Notes: generated by a model from the letters alone, not told the origin. DNA of 64,000 bases from an uncultured Verrucomicrobiae bacterium (GCA_963788655.1 CAWBHS010000079.1:1-64000), one strand, 5' to 3'; shown: positions 24,157 to 34,660, numbered from the stretch's first letter. Numbers and translations are program-made.

Positions 24157-24523
24157 GTGTTCTGCGTTGATGCCGCCACCTCTTGAGATAATTCAGCCAT
24201 CGTTTACCACGGGAGTTTTTAATGAAAGCATTTACCCACCAAGACATGCGGTCGTTGATTCAAAGTCAACCGGGACCTTGCGTTTCGATTTACCTGCTTG
24301 AAACCGGCTCTTAGTGGTCCAGGGCATCCATACGATGACGTTCAGGCCCAGCACCACTCAGACAGGGGAATTTCGAGTGCGTTGGGTTCAGGATTTTCAC
24401 CGACTCAATTCAGCCGATGACTGATGGTCGATCTACGAACCGAACTTTACATTGTTGCTAGCGGCCACCATCGGGTGGCTGTTCCTTGGCCATGACCACC
24501 GGCAAGGACGGAAGGAATAACTG

Positions 24524-25705
24524 ATGAGACATTACGAATACATCATCATCGGAGGCGGCATGACGGGGGATGCCGCAGTCAGCGGCATTCGAGAGAGCGG
24601 CGCCAAGGGCGAAATCGCCATGTTTACCGCCGAGCGTTATTTGCCTTATGATCGCCCGCCATTGACCAAAGGATTGTGGAAGGATACCGAGGCCAAAGAA
24701 ATCTGGCGGCACACGAAGCAATGGGATGATGTGGATATTCATGTGGGGTCGCACATTGTTTCGGTTGACGCGCGAAATCAAACCATTCGCGCAAAGAACG
24801 GCGACGAGTACCAGTACGAAAAACTTCTCCTGGCCACGGGCGGAGCGCCCAATCGTTTGCCGATGGATGATCCGGAAGTCATTTATTTTCGTACGTTCGA
24901 CGATTACCTGGAACTACGGAAACGCGCGGCGGCGGGTGGCCGTTTTGCCGTTATTGGCGGTGGATTCATCGGTTCGGAAATCGCCGCCGCGCTCGCGTTG
25001 AACCAATGCGAGGTTGTTTTGTTGTTTCCAGAAACAGGCCTCGGCGGGCGGATGTTTCCCGAAAGTCTGGCAACATTTCTCAATGAGTATTATCGCGAAA
25101 AAGGGGTGGAAGTGTTGCCCGGCCAGCGGGTTCAAAGTCTGGTTTCCCAGGGTTCCCAATGGCAGTTGACCACCCAAGTGGGAACGCAACGCACGGTGGA
25201 TACCGTCGTGGCGGGCCTGGGCCTAAAACCGCAAATCGAATTGGCCAAACAGGCACGATTGGTTCTGCAAAATGGCATCGAAGTCAATTCCCTGCTCCAA
25301 ACCAGCGATCCGCGTATCTATGCCGCCGGCGATGTGGCCGCTTTTGTCCAGCCGGCGCTCAACCGCCGCATTCGTGTCGAACATGAAGACAATGCCAATC
25401 ACATGGGACGCCAGGCCGGATTCTCCATGGCTGGACAAAAGGTGGCCTACGGCCATCTCCCCATGTTCTATTCGGACTTGTTCGACTTGGGCTACGAGGC
25501 GGTGGGGGAAGGACACTCCGATCTGGAAACCGTCGAGCATTGGGAAGAACCTTACCGTAAAGGAACCGTCTATTACCTCGAAAACCGGCAAGTGGTGGGG
25601 GTGGTGCTCTGGAATGTTTGGGAACAAGTCGATGCCGCCCGAAACCTCATCGCCCAGCATCAACAGCTACGCCCGGAACAACTCAAAGAACGGTTGCCTG
25701 CGTGA
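24524..25705 (+). CDS. FAD/NAD(P)-dependent oxidoreductase (ferredoxin/rubredoxin reductase-like)
   Basis: 'IIGGG', 'PYDRPPLTK', 'LLATG', 'IGGGFIGSE', 'IYAAGDVA', 'RVEHEDNA'. Confidence 0.9.
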   Translation: MRHYEYIIIGGGMTGDAAVSGIRESGAKGEIAMFTAERYLPYDRPPLTKGLWKDTEAKEIWRHTKQWDDVDIHVGSHIVSVDARNQTIRAKNGDEYQYEKLLLATGGAPNRLPMDDPEVIYFRTFDDYLELRKRAAAGGRFAVIGGGFIGSEIAAALALNQCEVVLLFPETGLGGRMFPESLATFLNEYYREKGVEVLPGQRVQSLVSQGSQWQLTTQVGTQRTVDTVVAGLGLKPQIELAKQARLVLQNGIEVNSLLQTSDPRIYAAGDVAAFVQPALNRRIRVEHEDNANHMGRQAGFSMAGQKVAYGHLPMFYSDLFDLGYEAVGEGHSDLETVEHWEEPYRKGTVYYLENRQVVGVVLWNVWEQVDAARNLIAQHQQLRPEQLKERLPA

Positions 25706-25746
25706 GGCCCGACGGATTCAGACAACTCACAAATGAAAGATAAGCT

Positions 25747-26181
25747 ATGACCAAAGCGCTCATTGATAATCACAAAATCTTGGATGCCCTCAATCAGGAT
25801 CTGGCGGCGGAATGGGGTGCCATTCTGCGTTATACCACCCAAGCAGCCCGCGCCACTGGCATTCGCGGCGTCGAGTTCCGCGATTTCCTGCGCAAAGAAA
25901 TTCAGGACGAACTGCGTCACGCCACCTTTCTGAGTGAAGTCATTTCCGATTTGGGCGGCCAACCGACGCGGACGCCGAAAGAATTCGCCGAAACCGACGG
26001 CATTGAGTCCATGGTGCAGCAAGACCTGATGCTGGAACAGGAAGATGTGGAGCACTATTCGGAACATGCGCGCTGGGCCGAGCAGGCGGGCCACATTGAA
26101 CTCAAGGTCCGACTCGAAGAAATGGCGGCCGACGAATCCCGGCATGCCCGGGAATTGAATCGGATCCTCAAAGGTATGTGA
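25747..26181 (+). CDS. Ferritin-like diiron protein (bacterioferritin/rubrerythrin-like)
   Basis: E...'DELRH'...E...'DESRH' diiron pattern. Confidence 0.85.
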   Translation: MTKALIDNHKILDALNQDLAAEWGAILRYTTQAARATGIRGVEFRDFLRKEIQDELRHATFLSEVISDLGGQPTRTPKEFAETDGIESMVQQDLMLEQEDVEHYSEHARWAEQAGHIELKVRLEEMAADESRHARELNRILKGM

Positions 26182-26432
26182 TGCGCTGGAAACGGTTCGT
26201 CGGACCCAGCGGCGGCGGCGGGCCTCGATTTTCGCCTCACTTGCCAAGGCCATTCTGTTGCTCCTGGCGATTGCGCAATCGCCGGGGAGGTTGCCCAACT
26301 TGGCCACGTCATTGTGCAATGCGAAACTGGCCATGAGAATCACCCTTGCCGCCAAGCGCGCGACACGACGGTCTGCGACGAGGCCTCAGTTCGGCGGGTT
26401 GTGTCGGCAGACGGAGGGTGCCTATTATCCTT

Positions 26433-26855
26433 ATGAAAACAATTAGTGTGGCAACCTTTAACACCGTGTCGCCAGCCCAGCGGTTGCAGCGGCGACTGCA
26501 ACAAGCCGGCTTTCCCACCGTCATCGAGGATGAATCCAAGCTGGAACGATTCTGGTTCATGTCGGAGCCCCTGGCAGCGATCCACGTGGAGGTGGAACAA
26601 TCCAAGTATTTGGCGGCCCGCAAGCTGCTTGCCGAACTGGAGTCCGAGGGCCTCATGCGCGATGCCGTCCGATGTCCCGACTGCGGTTCTTCGCGCGTGG
26701 AATTTCCCCAAATCACGCGCAAGTTTTTCTTGCCGGTGCTGGAAGCTGTCGTGATGGCGCTCCACATTATTCCCCGAAAGTTCTACTGCCGGGATTGTCA
26801 TTACACGTGGTTGAAGAGCCGTCCACCGGAACCCGCGCGCGGAGATCTCGCGTGA
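26433..26855 (+). CDS. DUF2007-like protein with zinc ribbon
   Basis: 'VATF....A..L...L...G....I.DE', 'CPDCGS', 'YCRDCHYTW'. Confidence 0.7.
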   Translation: MKTISVATFNTVSPAQRLQRRLQQAGFPTVIEDESKLERFWFMSEPLAAIHVEVEQSKYLAARKLLAELESEGLMRDAVRCPDCGSSRVEFPQITRKFFLPVLEAVVMALHIIPRKFYCRDCHYTWLKSRPPEPARGDLA

Positions 26856-27016
26856 TCGCTACGTTCACGACAACTGGAATTCACCGATCCGGCCTCGGAC
26901 GATTGGGGGCAACGATTCCACCGAACAGGAACTTTAGCGTGAGTCCCAGCCGGCGGCCATCAGCCCGTCGGCAGCCTGGCTTGAGTGTCCAGCGCATGGG
27001 CGAAAAGCGAGGCCGG

Positions 27017-27578
27017 CTAATTGTTTTCCGCCAGCACGATCCGAAAACCGTAAAGGTCATTCCGCATGTGCAGTGGATTGGCCCCAGCCACCGAAGCGGC
27101 AATTAATTTCCAGTTCGGTCGTTGTGCCGGTGCGAAACCCCGTTGATACGTGGCTCCAATCTTTGGTTCCGGTCACGGGCGGCGTTCGCACCTGCTGCAG
27201 GTTTTGAATGTTCAGCAGCGCGCCGACGGCGCCCCGGAGGCTCTTCGTCTTGATCCAGCCGGAAAGACGGTAGAAGGCGTTCGAGGGGACCGTCACCGTG
27301 GTCGTCCAGGCGGCATCGCTTCCTTGCTCCGACTTAATAGCCAGGCACCGCTGGCCAGTGCGTCCTGGTGATTTGACTGTCCAATCGTTTTGCCCACCGC
27401 TCCAAGCTCGAGACTTCCAGCCACGAACGCCGCCCTGCGACGACTCTTCGAAGAGGGGATTGGGAAGCAGATTCGAAGTAACTCGAGCGTTCTGCGCCGA
27501 CACCGGTTGCGACATAAGGGCAGACAGCCCAACGAGCATCATTGTGCCGAACCATATTTGCAATGTGTTGCTTGTCAT
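27017..27578 (-). pseudogene. Chimeric remnant: signal peptide and carbohydrate-binding-like domain joined out of frame to an FGE/SUMF1-like C-terminus
   Basis: 'NLLPNPLFEE...YRLSGWIKT...GTKDW' breaks at about 27075; another frame reads 'MRNDLYGFRIVLAENN*'. Confidence 0.55.
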
Positions 27579-27612
27579 TGAGAACCGTATCCTGGTTCCG
27601 TCTGATCCGAAA

Positions 27613-27732
27613 AGTCCCGTCAGGGACTACCGATAATAGCCCAGCGATTCATCGCCGGAGCAGCGGACGTGAGTCCGCTCATTCCATCATCTGGAAGCTC
27701 AGAAGTCAGAGCCGACTCACGTCGGCTGCTAC
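27613..27732. repeat. REP/REPIN cluster
   Basis: AGTCCCGTCAGGGACT palindrome, then GGAGCAGCGGACGTGAGTCCGCTC / GAGCCGACTCACGTCGGCTGCTAC inverted pair. Confidence 0.75.
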
Positions 27733-27764
27733 CTGGGTTTCCGCTCTGAGTCGTTACGACCCTC

Positions 27765-29897
27765 TTAATATGGATTGCTCGGCATCATGTCCCAAGTCTC
27801 CAGCGTCGCCACGTTGGCAGGGCCGCCGTTCGAGAAGAGTCTTACGTCCACACTGTCGGTGCGGGACGGGTAAATGCGGCGCATCACGGCCTGGCGACCG
27901 TCGTTGGCGAAAACTTCGACGACGGATTTGTCCACGAAGACGCGGAGCTTGAGCGGTTCGCCGGCCGGCAATTCGAAGGGGCCGGCTTCGATGGTTTTCG
28001 GTCCGTCCTCCAAACTTGACTTGGTGGTATCAACTTTGAGTTTCTTCTCGGCGGCATCGTAATAGACCAACGTCTGTTCTTCACCGCCGGGCGAACAGCA
28101 GACCTTGACACCGTATTGTTTGGCGCTCGGAGCGTTCATTTCCAGGTCGAGTTCAAGGCTGTTGCCACCGACGCCGTCAATCGCCACTTCCGATTCCGCT
28201 TTAACCGCGAAGTTGGTTTTCTGCTTGGGGTTGTAGCGCAGAAGCTCGATTTCCTTGGGTGGATTCATCCGCAGCGTGCCGTCCGGGGCGAGCGCGAGAA
28301 CGCGCGGCAGACTCATCGTGCCGGACCAGCCGTAGTCCGTCCGCATCTTGAAGCCGGGGCTGTCAAAGATCCACGCCCACATAATGCGGCGGCCGCGGTC
28401 ATCGAGAAGGCTCTCCGGGGCGAAGAAGGAATTGTCCACCCAGCTCATTTTTTCGTGGAACGTGGGATGGAATTGTTCGTTCTTCCAGTCACCGAGATAG
28501 TAGCGGGCACCGAGCCGGTGACTGATGCACAGGAGCATTTGCCGGTCGCCCAACTTGAAGAAGTCCGCGCAGGATACGTCCTCGTTGATCGAGACACCGG
28601 GAACGCTGTTGGCCATGAGGTCGCCGACATATTTCCACTCGCCGGCGAGGCTCGGGGCTTTGGCGATGGCCGGATGCTCTCCGCCGAAGATCGCATAATA
28701 GGTGTCACCTTCGAGCCAGCCGTACGGGTCCCAGGAGCGGTATTTGCCGTGAGCCGAGTCGCCGGGCTGAGTATTGGGCGTGATGGGATTCGAATCGAGC
28801 TTCTTCCACTCGTTCAAGTCGTCGTCGAGAGCAACGGCCATGGCGTTGCCCTGGCCAACTTGGTGATAGCACATTGTCGGGCGGCCTTCTTTGTTGATAA
28901 AACAATTGCCGCTGAACATGCCGGAAACCAGCCCGGTCGGATGGTGCCGCCAATGGAATAGATCGGTGCTGGAGACATGTCCCCAATTGTGGCCGCGCTG
29001 GTCCTGGAAAATGTAAAGGAGATGATACTGGCCTTTCCAAAAAACGGCGCCGTTGGGATCGAAGGGCATGGCGGTACCTTCGGGAATCACAAAGTGGTAA
29101 CCCGGTCGGAACGGATCGCTGAGCAGTTTCTCGCGGAGGGAGCGGGCGATGGTGTTGACCTCGTTGCCAGCGGTGGCGGTCCGCATGGATTCCAGCGTCT
29201 GTTTCGAAGCCATCAGGAACGCGCCGCTCTGGTCGAGGTGCAACTGGCCATCCGCAACTCTCGCCCCGTTGAAGAGGGTGGTGGCGGGAAAGGTCTGCAT
29301 CCGGTCCGTCACGGCACCGTTTTCAAAATCCCACCACGCGAGCGGCTTGGGATCGGACGGCTGGTTCGGCTTCAGCGCGGCGATCTGCGCGGCACTCAGG
29401 GCAACGCCATAGATGCGCGCATCGTCGATTGAGCCGGTGAAAAATCGGTTCTCCGGCATCGCGTCCGTATGCCGCAGTCCCATCAAGACTTTGCTGTCGC
29501 TCCCAAAGCGTTCCGCGCCCGCGGCAGGGTAACTGGCATATTGACGACCATTGCGATAGAGGGTGATCTGCCGGTCTTGATACACGATGGCAATCTGGAC
29601 GAGCGTGTGGCTGTCCGCCGTTTCCGCCGGGAAATTCTCCTGTTCCTTTTGGGTGCGCTTGAACATATCGCTGCCAGCCATCCATTTGCCGGGCGCAAGT
29701 TCGCCCAGCACGATGGCGTCAAAGATGCCACCTGGCTTTTCGAGGGTCAGCACGCTGCCGCCGCGCTGCGTCAGGTTCGCCGGAGCGACCCAGGCGACCA
29801 GTGTTTTATCACGCAACGTCTCGGCACCGGTTACGGACGCAGGGGCAGCGACCGTTATAACCACGCCGGCGAGAAGGATCAGGAGATGGGTTTTCAT
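27765..29897 (-). CDS. Secreted GH32 glycoside hydrolase with N-terminal LamG-like domain
   Basis: 'PFDPNG', 'WGHVSS.DL.HW', 'FSG', 'SWDP', C-terminal 'VFVDKSVVEVF'; LamG 'FTGSIDDARIY'. Confidence 0.88.
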   Translation of the reverse strand: MKTHLLILLAGVVITVAAPASVTGAETLRDKTLVAWVAPANLTQRGGSVLTLEKPGGIFDAIVLGELAPGKWMAGSDMFKRTQKEQENFPAETADSHTLVQIAIVYQDRQITLYRNGRQYASYPAAGAERFGSDSKVLMGLRHTDAMPENRFFTGSIDDARIYGVALSAAQIAALKPNQPSDPKPLAWWDFENGAVTDRMQTFPATTLFNGARVADGQLHLDQSGAFLMASKQTLESMRTATAGNEVNTIARSLREKLLSDPFRPGYHFVIPEGTAMPFDPNGAVFWKGQYHLLYIFQDQRGHNWGHVSSTDLFHWRHHPTGLVSGMFSGNCFINKEGRPTMCYHQVGQGNAMAVALDDDLNEWKKLDSNPITPNTQPGDSAHGKYRSWDPYGWLEGDTYYAIFGGEHPAIAKAPSLAGEWKYVGDLMANSVPGVSINEDVSCADFFKLGDRQMLLCISHRLGARYYLGDWKNEQFHPTFHEKMSWVDNSFFAPESLLDDRGRRIMWAWIFDSPGFKMRTDYGWSGTMSLPRVLALAPDGTLRMNPPKEIELLRYNPKQKTNFAVKAESEVAIDGVGGNSLELDLEMNAPSAKQYGVKVCCSPGGEEQTLVYYDAAEKKLKVDTTKSSLEDGPKTIEAGPFELPAGEPLKLRVFVDKSVVEVFANDGRQAVMRRIYPSRTDSVDVRLFSNGGPANVATLETWDMMPSNPY

Positions 29898-29909
29898 TTG
29901 GTTTATGGG

Positions 29910-31229
29910 CTAGGGCTTCGAATCAGTTTCGCCCACGCAGAACAGTTGACGGTCACCGCGGATTAAAAGCCGGTTCGCCACCGGTACCGGGGAGGCAACG
30001 ATGCGTTCGCCCATTGGATTTTCTCCCAGCAACTCAAACTTCTCCCCCACCCTGGCCGCGAAGACGACGCCGTCTTCTCGCGCGGCATAGAGCATCCCGC
30101 CGGCAATGACCGGTGACGCATAGTATGGGGCTCGGTTCTCTGGGAAAGCACCGCTCCAGACCGTTTTGCCGTTGGCCGGGTCGAGGCAGACCACCGCCCC
30201 GCGATGCCGCAACAAGTACACCCGGCCGGCGTAGGCGGCGGGGCTGGTGACAAAAACTCCCATGTCCTCGCGTTTCCAGACGCGGTGCGTGGCCGTCACA
30301 TCCCCGTGGCCGCCGAGTTTGATGCCGTGAATCCGCGCTTGTCGCGGACGATCATCGCGGCCGACGGGTACGATCACCATGTCGCCGGCGATCACGGGGC
30401 TGGCGATGGCCGGCCAATAGCCCGTCCCGTCCGGATTGAATCCGCCGCAGGACCACAACAATTTGCCGTTCGCGGCGTCGTGAGCAGTTAGATGATCCGC
30501 ACCCCAGATCAACAGGGTGAATTGACCATCGTGCGAAAAGAGCAGCGGCGTGGAATAGCCCTGGTCATTCTCGACCGGCGTCTTGAAATTCCGTGCCTCC
30601 CGCCAGCGCATTTCTCCGGTGGCCTTGTCGAAACCGGCGAGCCACGATTCTCCATCATGCATCCGGACCATGATCACATGCTGGTCGGTGACCACCGGAG
30701 AAGTGCCCTGGTCCCAGAACCGTTTTTCCTGACCGAAACGCTCCACCAAATTGATCTGCCAGCGCACCGTCCCATCGAACTCCAGCGCCGCGAAATTGCC
30801 GCTCCGGAAATAGACAAACAGGCCCTGGCCATCGGTGACTGGGGAGGCATTGGCGCTCGATCCCAGCGTCTGATGTTTGGGTCGGCTCATAGGCCCGAGC
30901 TTTGTCTGCCACAACTGCCGGCCCGAGAAATCAAAAGCCAGGACCGCATCCTGTCCCTCAGCCGGTCCGGTCAAGTAAATACGCTGGTGGTGAACAATGG
31001 GCGTGGAGCCGCCCTTGCCCGGCAGCGTCACCTTCCAGAGGACATTGGCCGCATCCCATTTGACCGGATACTTCCCGGTTCCAATGCTGCCGTTATCCTC
31101 CGGACCGCGCCAACTCGGCCATTCACCCAAGCCAGCCGCCATCGTCGCAGCGGCGATGAACAACAGAAGACTGGCACTCGGAATGAAGTGCGCGTTGCCT
31201 CGTGATTTTGAGCGGATAAAAGTCTGCAT
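29910..31229 (-). CDS. PQQ-like beta-propeller (BamB-like) secreted protein
   Basis: 'WPSWRGP', repeated 'STP/SPV' and 'G...W' blade motifs. Confidence 0.88.
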   Translation of the reverse strand: MQTFIRSKSRGNAHFIPSASLLLFIAAATMAAGLGEWPSWRGPEDNGSIGTGKYPVKWDAANVLWKVTLPGKGGSTPIVHHQRIYLTGPAEGQDAVLAFDFSGRQLWQTKLGPMSRPKHQTLGSSANASPVTDGQGLFVYFRSGNFAALEFDGTVRWQINLVERFGQEKRFWDQGTSPVVTDQHVIMVRMHDGESWLAGFDKATGEMRWREARNFKTPVENDQGYSTPLLFSHDGQFTLLIWGADHLTAHDAANGKLLWSCGGFNPDGTGYWPAIASPVIAGDMVIVPVGRDDRPRQARIHGIKLGGHGDVTATHRVWKREDMGVFVTSPAAYAGRVYLLRHRGAVVCLDPANGKTVWSGAFPENRAPYYASPVIAGGMLYAAREDGVVFAARVGEKFELLGENPMGERIVASPVPVANRLLIRGDRQLFCVGETDSKP

Positions 31230-31400
31230 GGTTTTTGAACGAAGAGAGTCGGGGTTGCGACAACGGCTGTCCAGTTCAGAGAATCTCGAAAATGGCCATC
31301 GAGGCAAGCGTCTGGCTGTCCGCAGTTTCTTGCGGATTGTTGAAATGTGTAGGAACGGTGCAAGCCAGCTTGAACGAGCCCACAAGCAAGGCAGCGCCGC

Positions 31401-32078
31401 TCATCCGCACAAATCCGCCACGGCCACTTGCTCCAATGACGCAACCAGCCAGTCCGGACGATGCGATTCAAGTTCGGCATAACTCGATCCGCCCGTGGCC
31501 ACGGCGAGCACTTTGGCATCAATCGCCCGGCCGCAAGCAACATCATTGGGGGTGTCGCCCACCACCAGCACTTCTTCCCCCCGCAGCCGGCAGCCGAGCA
31601 ACTGCGAGCTCCGCTCCAGGGCCACGACCGCCAATTGGTTGCGGTCTTCGTGATCATCACCAAACGCTCCGGTCCGAAACGAATCCCACAAAGGGTAATG
31701 CGTCAGCTTGATTTGGGCTCCCAGGCGAATGTTGCCGGTGAGCAGGCCGACCACCGGCGGTTGGGTGTGCGCTCCCAACGACTGAATTAGCTCCACCGCT
31801 CCCGGCAGCACACACCCGGCGTGCTGCCCGATCAAGTGGTCCAGCCAAAACACATAACTATCATAGAAGTGTTGGAAATTCTCCGCGCTGGGCGTGATGT
31901 CGTGCTGCCCGAAGATATCGCGGACAATCGAGCTATCGGTACGACCGGCAAAGTTCAACGCCGTCGCGCCGTTGGGGATATTGAAGGCCGATTCGCAGGC
32001 GCGATCAAACGCCCGTTGGCCCGCTCCCCCGGTGCGGATGAGCGTGCCGTCAATATCGAACAAAACCAAACGAATCAT
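31401..32078 (-). CDS. HAD-family hydrolase (phosphoglycolate phosphatase-like)
   Basis: 'LFDIDGTL', 'LLTGN', 'VGDTPND'. Confidence 0.9.
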   Translation of the reverse strand: MIRLVLFDIDGTLIRTGGAGQRAFDRACESAFNIPNGATALNFAGRTDSSIVRDIFGQHDITPSAENFQHFYDSYVFWLDHLIGQHAGCVLPGAVELIQSLGAHTQPPVVGLLTGNIRLGAQIKLTHYPLWDSFRTGAFGDDHEDRNQLAVVALERSSQLLGCRLRGEEVLVVGDTPNDVACGRAIDAKVLAVATGGSSYAELESHRPDWLVASLEQVAVADLCG

Positions 32079-32387
32079 GATGCGACAAACCTTAGGCAAA
32101 ATGCCCTTCGGGCGCAATTCTGTCGTCGCTTCATGAACTTTCCGACGACCGCTACCATGTTGGCTTCCGCGTCGTCCTGGCGTTGGGATCAGACTCCCCA
32201 GACTAATGACCGCCCCCGGCCATTCGGGTTAGGAAGACGGCAAATCCCCGGTTTGACTGGAAGTTGATTTGGACGATCACGAATCCAAGCAAACCTTGCC
32301 TTCCGGCAGATCTGTTGCTCCAATGCGCGGACTGATATCCCGATGATACCCGGCAGCGACCAAACTGAAACCGTTCCCGGCAAGGCC

Positions 32388-34205
32388 GTGAATATCCTCG
32401 GCATTTCGGCCTTTTACCACGATAGCGCGGCGTGCCTGATCCGAGACGGAACGATCGTTGCCGCCGCCCAGGAGGAGCGATTTACGCGCAAAAAGCATGA
32501 TGCATCCTATCCGGCGTCCGCGGTTGCGTATTGTTTGCAGGCGGGAGGAATTGCGGCGGTGGATTTGGCTTGCGTAGCGTTTTACGAAAAACCGTTTCGG
32601 AAATTTGATCGCTTGCTCCATTCGTACCTGGCCTATGCGCCGGCGGGCATTCGCTCCTTTTTGAAAGCGATCCCGGTCTGGATCAAGGATAAGATTTGGC
32701 TGAAGGAACTGATCAAACGCGAGTTGGCTTACGACGGCACCATTCTTTTTCCCGAGCACCACGAATCGCACGCCGCTTCCGCGTTCTTTCCCTCGCCGTT
32801 TCGGGAAGCGGCATTCCTGACGGTGGACGGAGTGGGCGAATGGACGACCACGAGCTTCGGAGTCGGACGCGGCAACCAGGTGACGATTCAAGGAGAACTG
32901 CACTTCCCGCATTCCCTGGGACTGCTTTATTCGGCATTCACGTATTACGCCGGATTCAAGGTCAACTCCGGCGAATACAAATTGATGGGCCTGGCCCCCT
33001 ATGGCGAGCCAACATTCAAGGCGCTCATTTTGCAGGAACTGCTCGACCTGAAGGCAGACGGTTCGTTCAAGTTGAATATGCGGTATTTCAACCACGGCGC
33101 CGGGCTGACCATGATCAATCGCCGTTTCGAAAAACTGTTGGGCGGACCGCCGCGCAAACCGGAAAGTCGTCTGACCCAGCGCGACATGGACCTGGCCCGT
33201 TCGATTCAGGATGTGACCGAGGAAATCATGCTGCGCATGGCGCGGCACGTGCGACAGCAAACCGGGCTTTCGAAATTGTGTCTGGCCGGCGGGGTGGCGC
33301 TCAATTGCGTGGCCAACGGACGCATTGTGCGCGAAGGCATTTTTGACGAGTTGTGGATTCAGCCCGCCGCCGGTGACGCCGGAGGCGCGCTGGGAGCCGC
33401 GTTGATCGCCTGGCATCACTATTTGCAGCAACCCAGAGAAGCCGACGGAAAACACGACTCGCAACACGGTTCCTTCCTGGGACCCCATTACCGTCCGGAT
33501 GAAATCCGCCAATTTCTGGAACGACAGGAAATCCCCTTCACCGAGCTGACGGACGAGGATATTCCGGACCGCATTGCTGACCTGATCGCGGACGAAAAAG
33601 TCATCGGCTGGTTTGTTCATCGCATGGAGTTTGGCCCACGGGCATTGGGGGCACGCAGCATCATTGGCGACGCGCGTTCGCCCAAAATGCAGGAGTTGAT
33701 GAATCTCAAAATCAAGTTCCGCGAAAGCTTCCGTCCTTTTGCGCCGGCGGTCTTGCGGGAACGAGTGGCCGACTATTTCGAACTGGATCGGGAGAGCCCC
33801 TACATGCTGCTCGTCGCGCCGGTGGCAAAATCCCAACGCCGCAAATTAACTGACGATGAACAAAAACGATTCGGTATGGAGAAGCTGTTGACTCTGCGCT
33901 CAGACATTCCGGCGGTTACGCACGTAGATTACTCCGCGCGCGTTCAGACCATCACCGAGGAGCACAATCCACTTTTCTATCGTATGATCAAAGCCTTCGC
34001 CGCCAAGCACGGCTGCCCGGTCATCATCAACACGTCGTTCAACGTGCGCGGCGAACCGATCGTTTGCACGCCGGAAGACGCTTACCGTTGTTTCATGCGC
34101 ACGAACATGGACTACCTGCTGCTGGGCAATTTTCTACTCGAGAAGCAAGACCAGAAGCCATTGGACAAAGACCTCGCCTGGCTTAAAGAATTCGAACTGG
34201 ACTGA
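32388..34205 (+). CDS. NodU/CmcH-family O-carbamoyltransferase
   Basis: 'ILGISAFYHDSAA', 'EERFTRKKH', 'EHHESH', 'DGVGE', 'GEYKLMGLAPYG', 'EFGPRALG', 'NTSFNVRGEPIV'. Confidence 0.95.
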   Translation: MNILGISAFYHDSAACLIRDGTIVAAAQEERFTRKKHDASYPASAVAYCLQAGGIAAVDLACVAFYEKPFRKFDRLLHSYLAYAPAGIRSFLKAIPVWIKDKIWLKELIKRELAYDGTILFPEHHESHAASAFFPSPFREAAFLTVDGVGEWTTTSFGVGRGNQVTIQGELHFPHSLGLLYSAFTYYAGFKVNSGEYKLMGLAPYGEPTFKALILQELLDLKADGSFKLNMRYFNHGAGLTMINRRFEKLLGGPPRKPESRLTQRDMDLARSIQDVTEEIMLRMARHVRQQTGLSKLCLAGGVALNCVANGRIVREGIFDELWIQPAAGDAGGALGAALIAWHHYLQQPREADGKHDSQHGSFLGPHYRPDEIRQFLERQEIPFTELTDEDIPDRIADLIADEKVIGWFVHRMEFGPRALGARSIIGDARSPKMQELMNLKIKFRESFRPFAPAVLRERVADYFELDRESPYMLLVAPVAKSQRRKLTDDEQKRFGMEKLLTLRSDIPAVTHVDYSARVQTITEEHNPLFYRMIKAFAAKHGCPVIINTSFNVRGEPIVCTPEDAYRCFMRTNMDYLLLGNFLLEKQDQKPLDKDLAWLKEFELD

Positions 34206-34240
34206 CTGGTATTGTTTACTTCGGCGACAACTCTAACACT

Positions 34241-34660
34241 ATGATTTGTGAAGCCATCAAACGACTGAAGACCGACTCCCGGACGCTGCGGAAATTCGGG
34301 GTGGCTGTCGGTACCGTGTTGTTGCTGCTGGGCGGCTTGTTTCTGTGGCGGCACCAGCCGGTTGCTCCTTTGGTTCTCGGTGCCGGCGGATTGCTGTTCG
34401 TCTTGGGCGTGGCAGCACCACGGTGCCTGAAGCACATTTATCTCGTTTGGATGAGCCTGGGCTTATTGATCGGGACGGTGGTTTCCACGTTGCTCCTGGT
34501 GGTGTTTTTCTACCTGGTGGTGACGCCCGTCGGGTTGCTGGCTCGTTGTCTGGGCAAGGATCTTCTTCAGCAAAAGCTCTACCCGGAGTTGGCCAGTTAC
34601 TGGCAAAATCGTGATCCGGCCAAAGCCCGCCCCCCACAGGACTACGAGCGGCAGTTTTGA
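34241..34660 (+). CDS. SxtJ-family membrane protein
   Basis: 'LRKFG', 'WM.LG..IG', 'FYLVVTPVG', 'SYW', terminal 'RQF'. Confidence 0.85.
   Translation: MICEAIKRLKTDSRTLRKFGVAVGTVLLLLGGLFLWRHQPVAPLVLGAGGLLFVLGVAAPRCLKHIYLVWMSLGLLIGTVVSTLLLVVFFYLVVTPVGLLARCLGKDLLQQKLYPELASYWQNRDPAKARPPQDYERQF

Noticed and set aside
24330..24520. Possible small membrane ORF ending 'WLFLGHDHRQGRKE*' before the flavoreductase
   Set aside because: Interrupted by a TGA and no family could be recognised
32388..34660. Saxitoxin biosynthesis cluster
   Set aside because: Only generic SxtI/J-like genes are present; no sxtA, sxtG or other pathway genes
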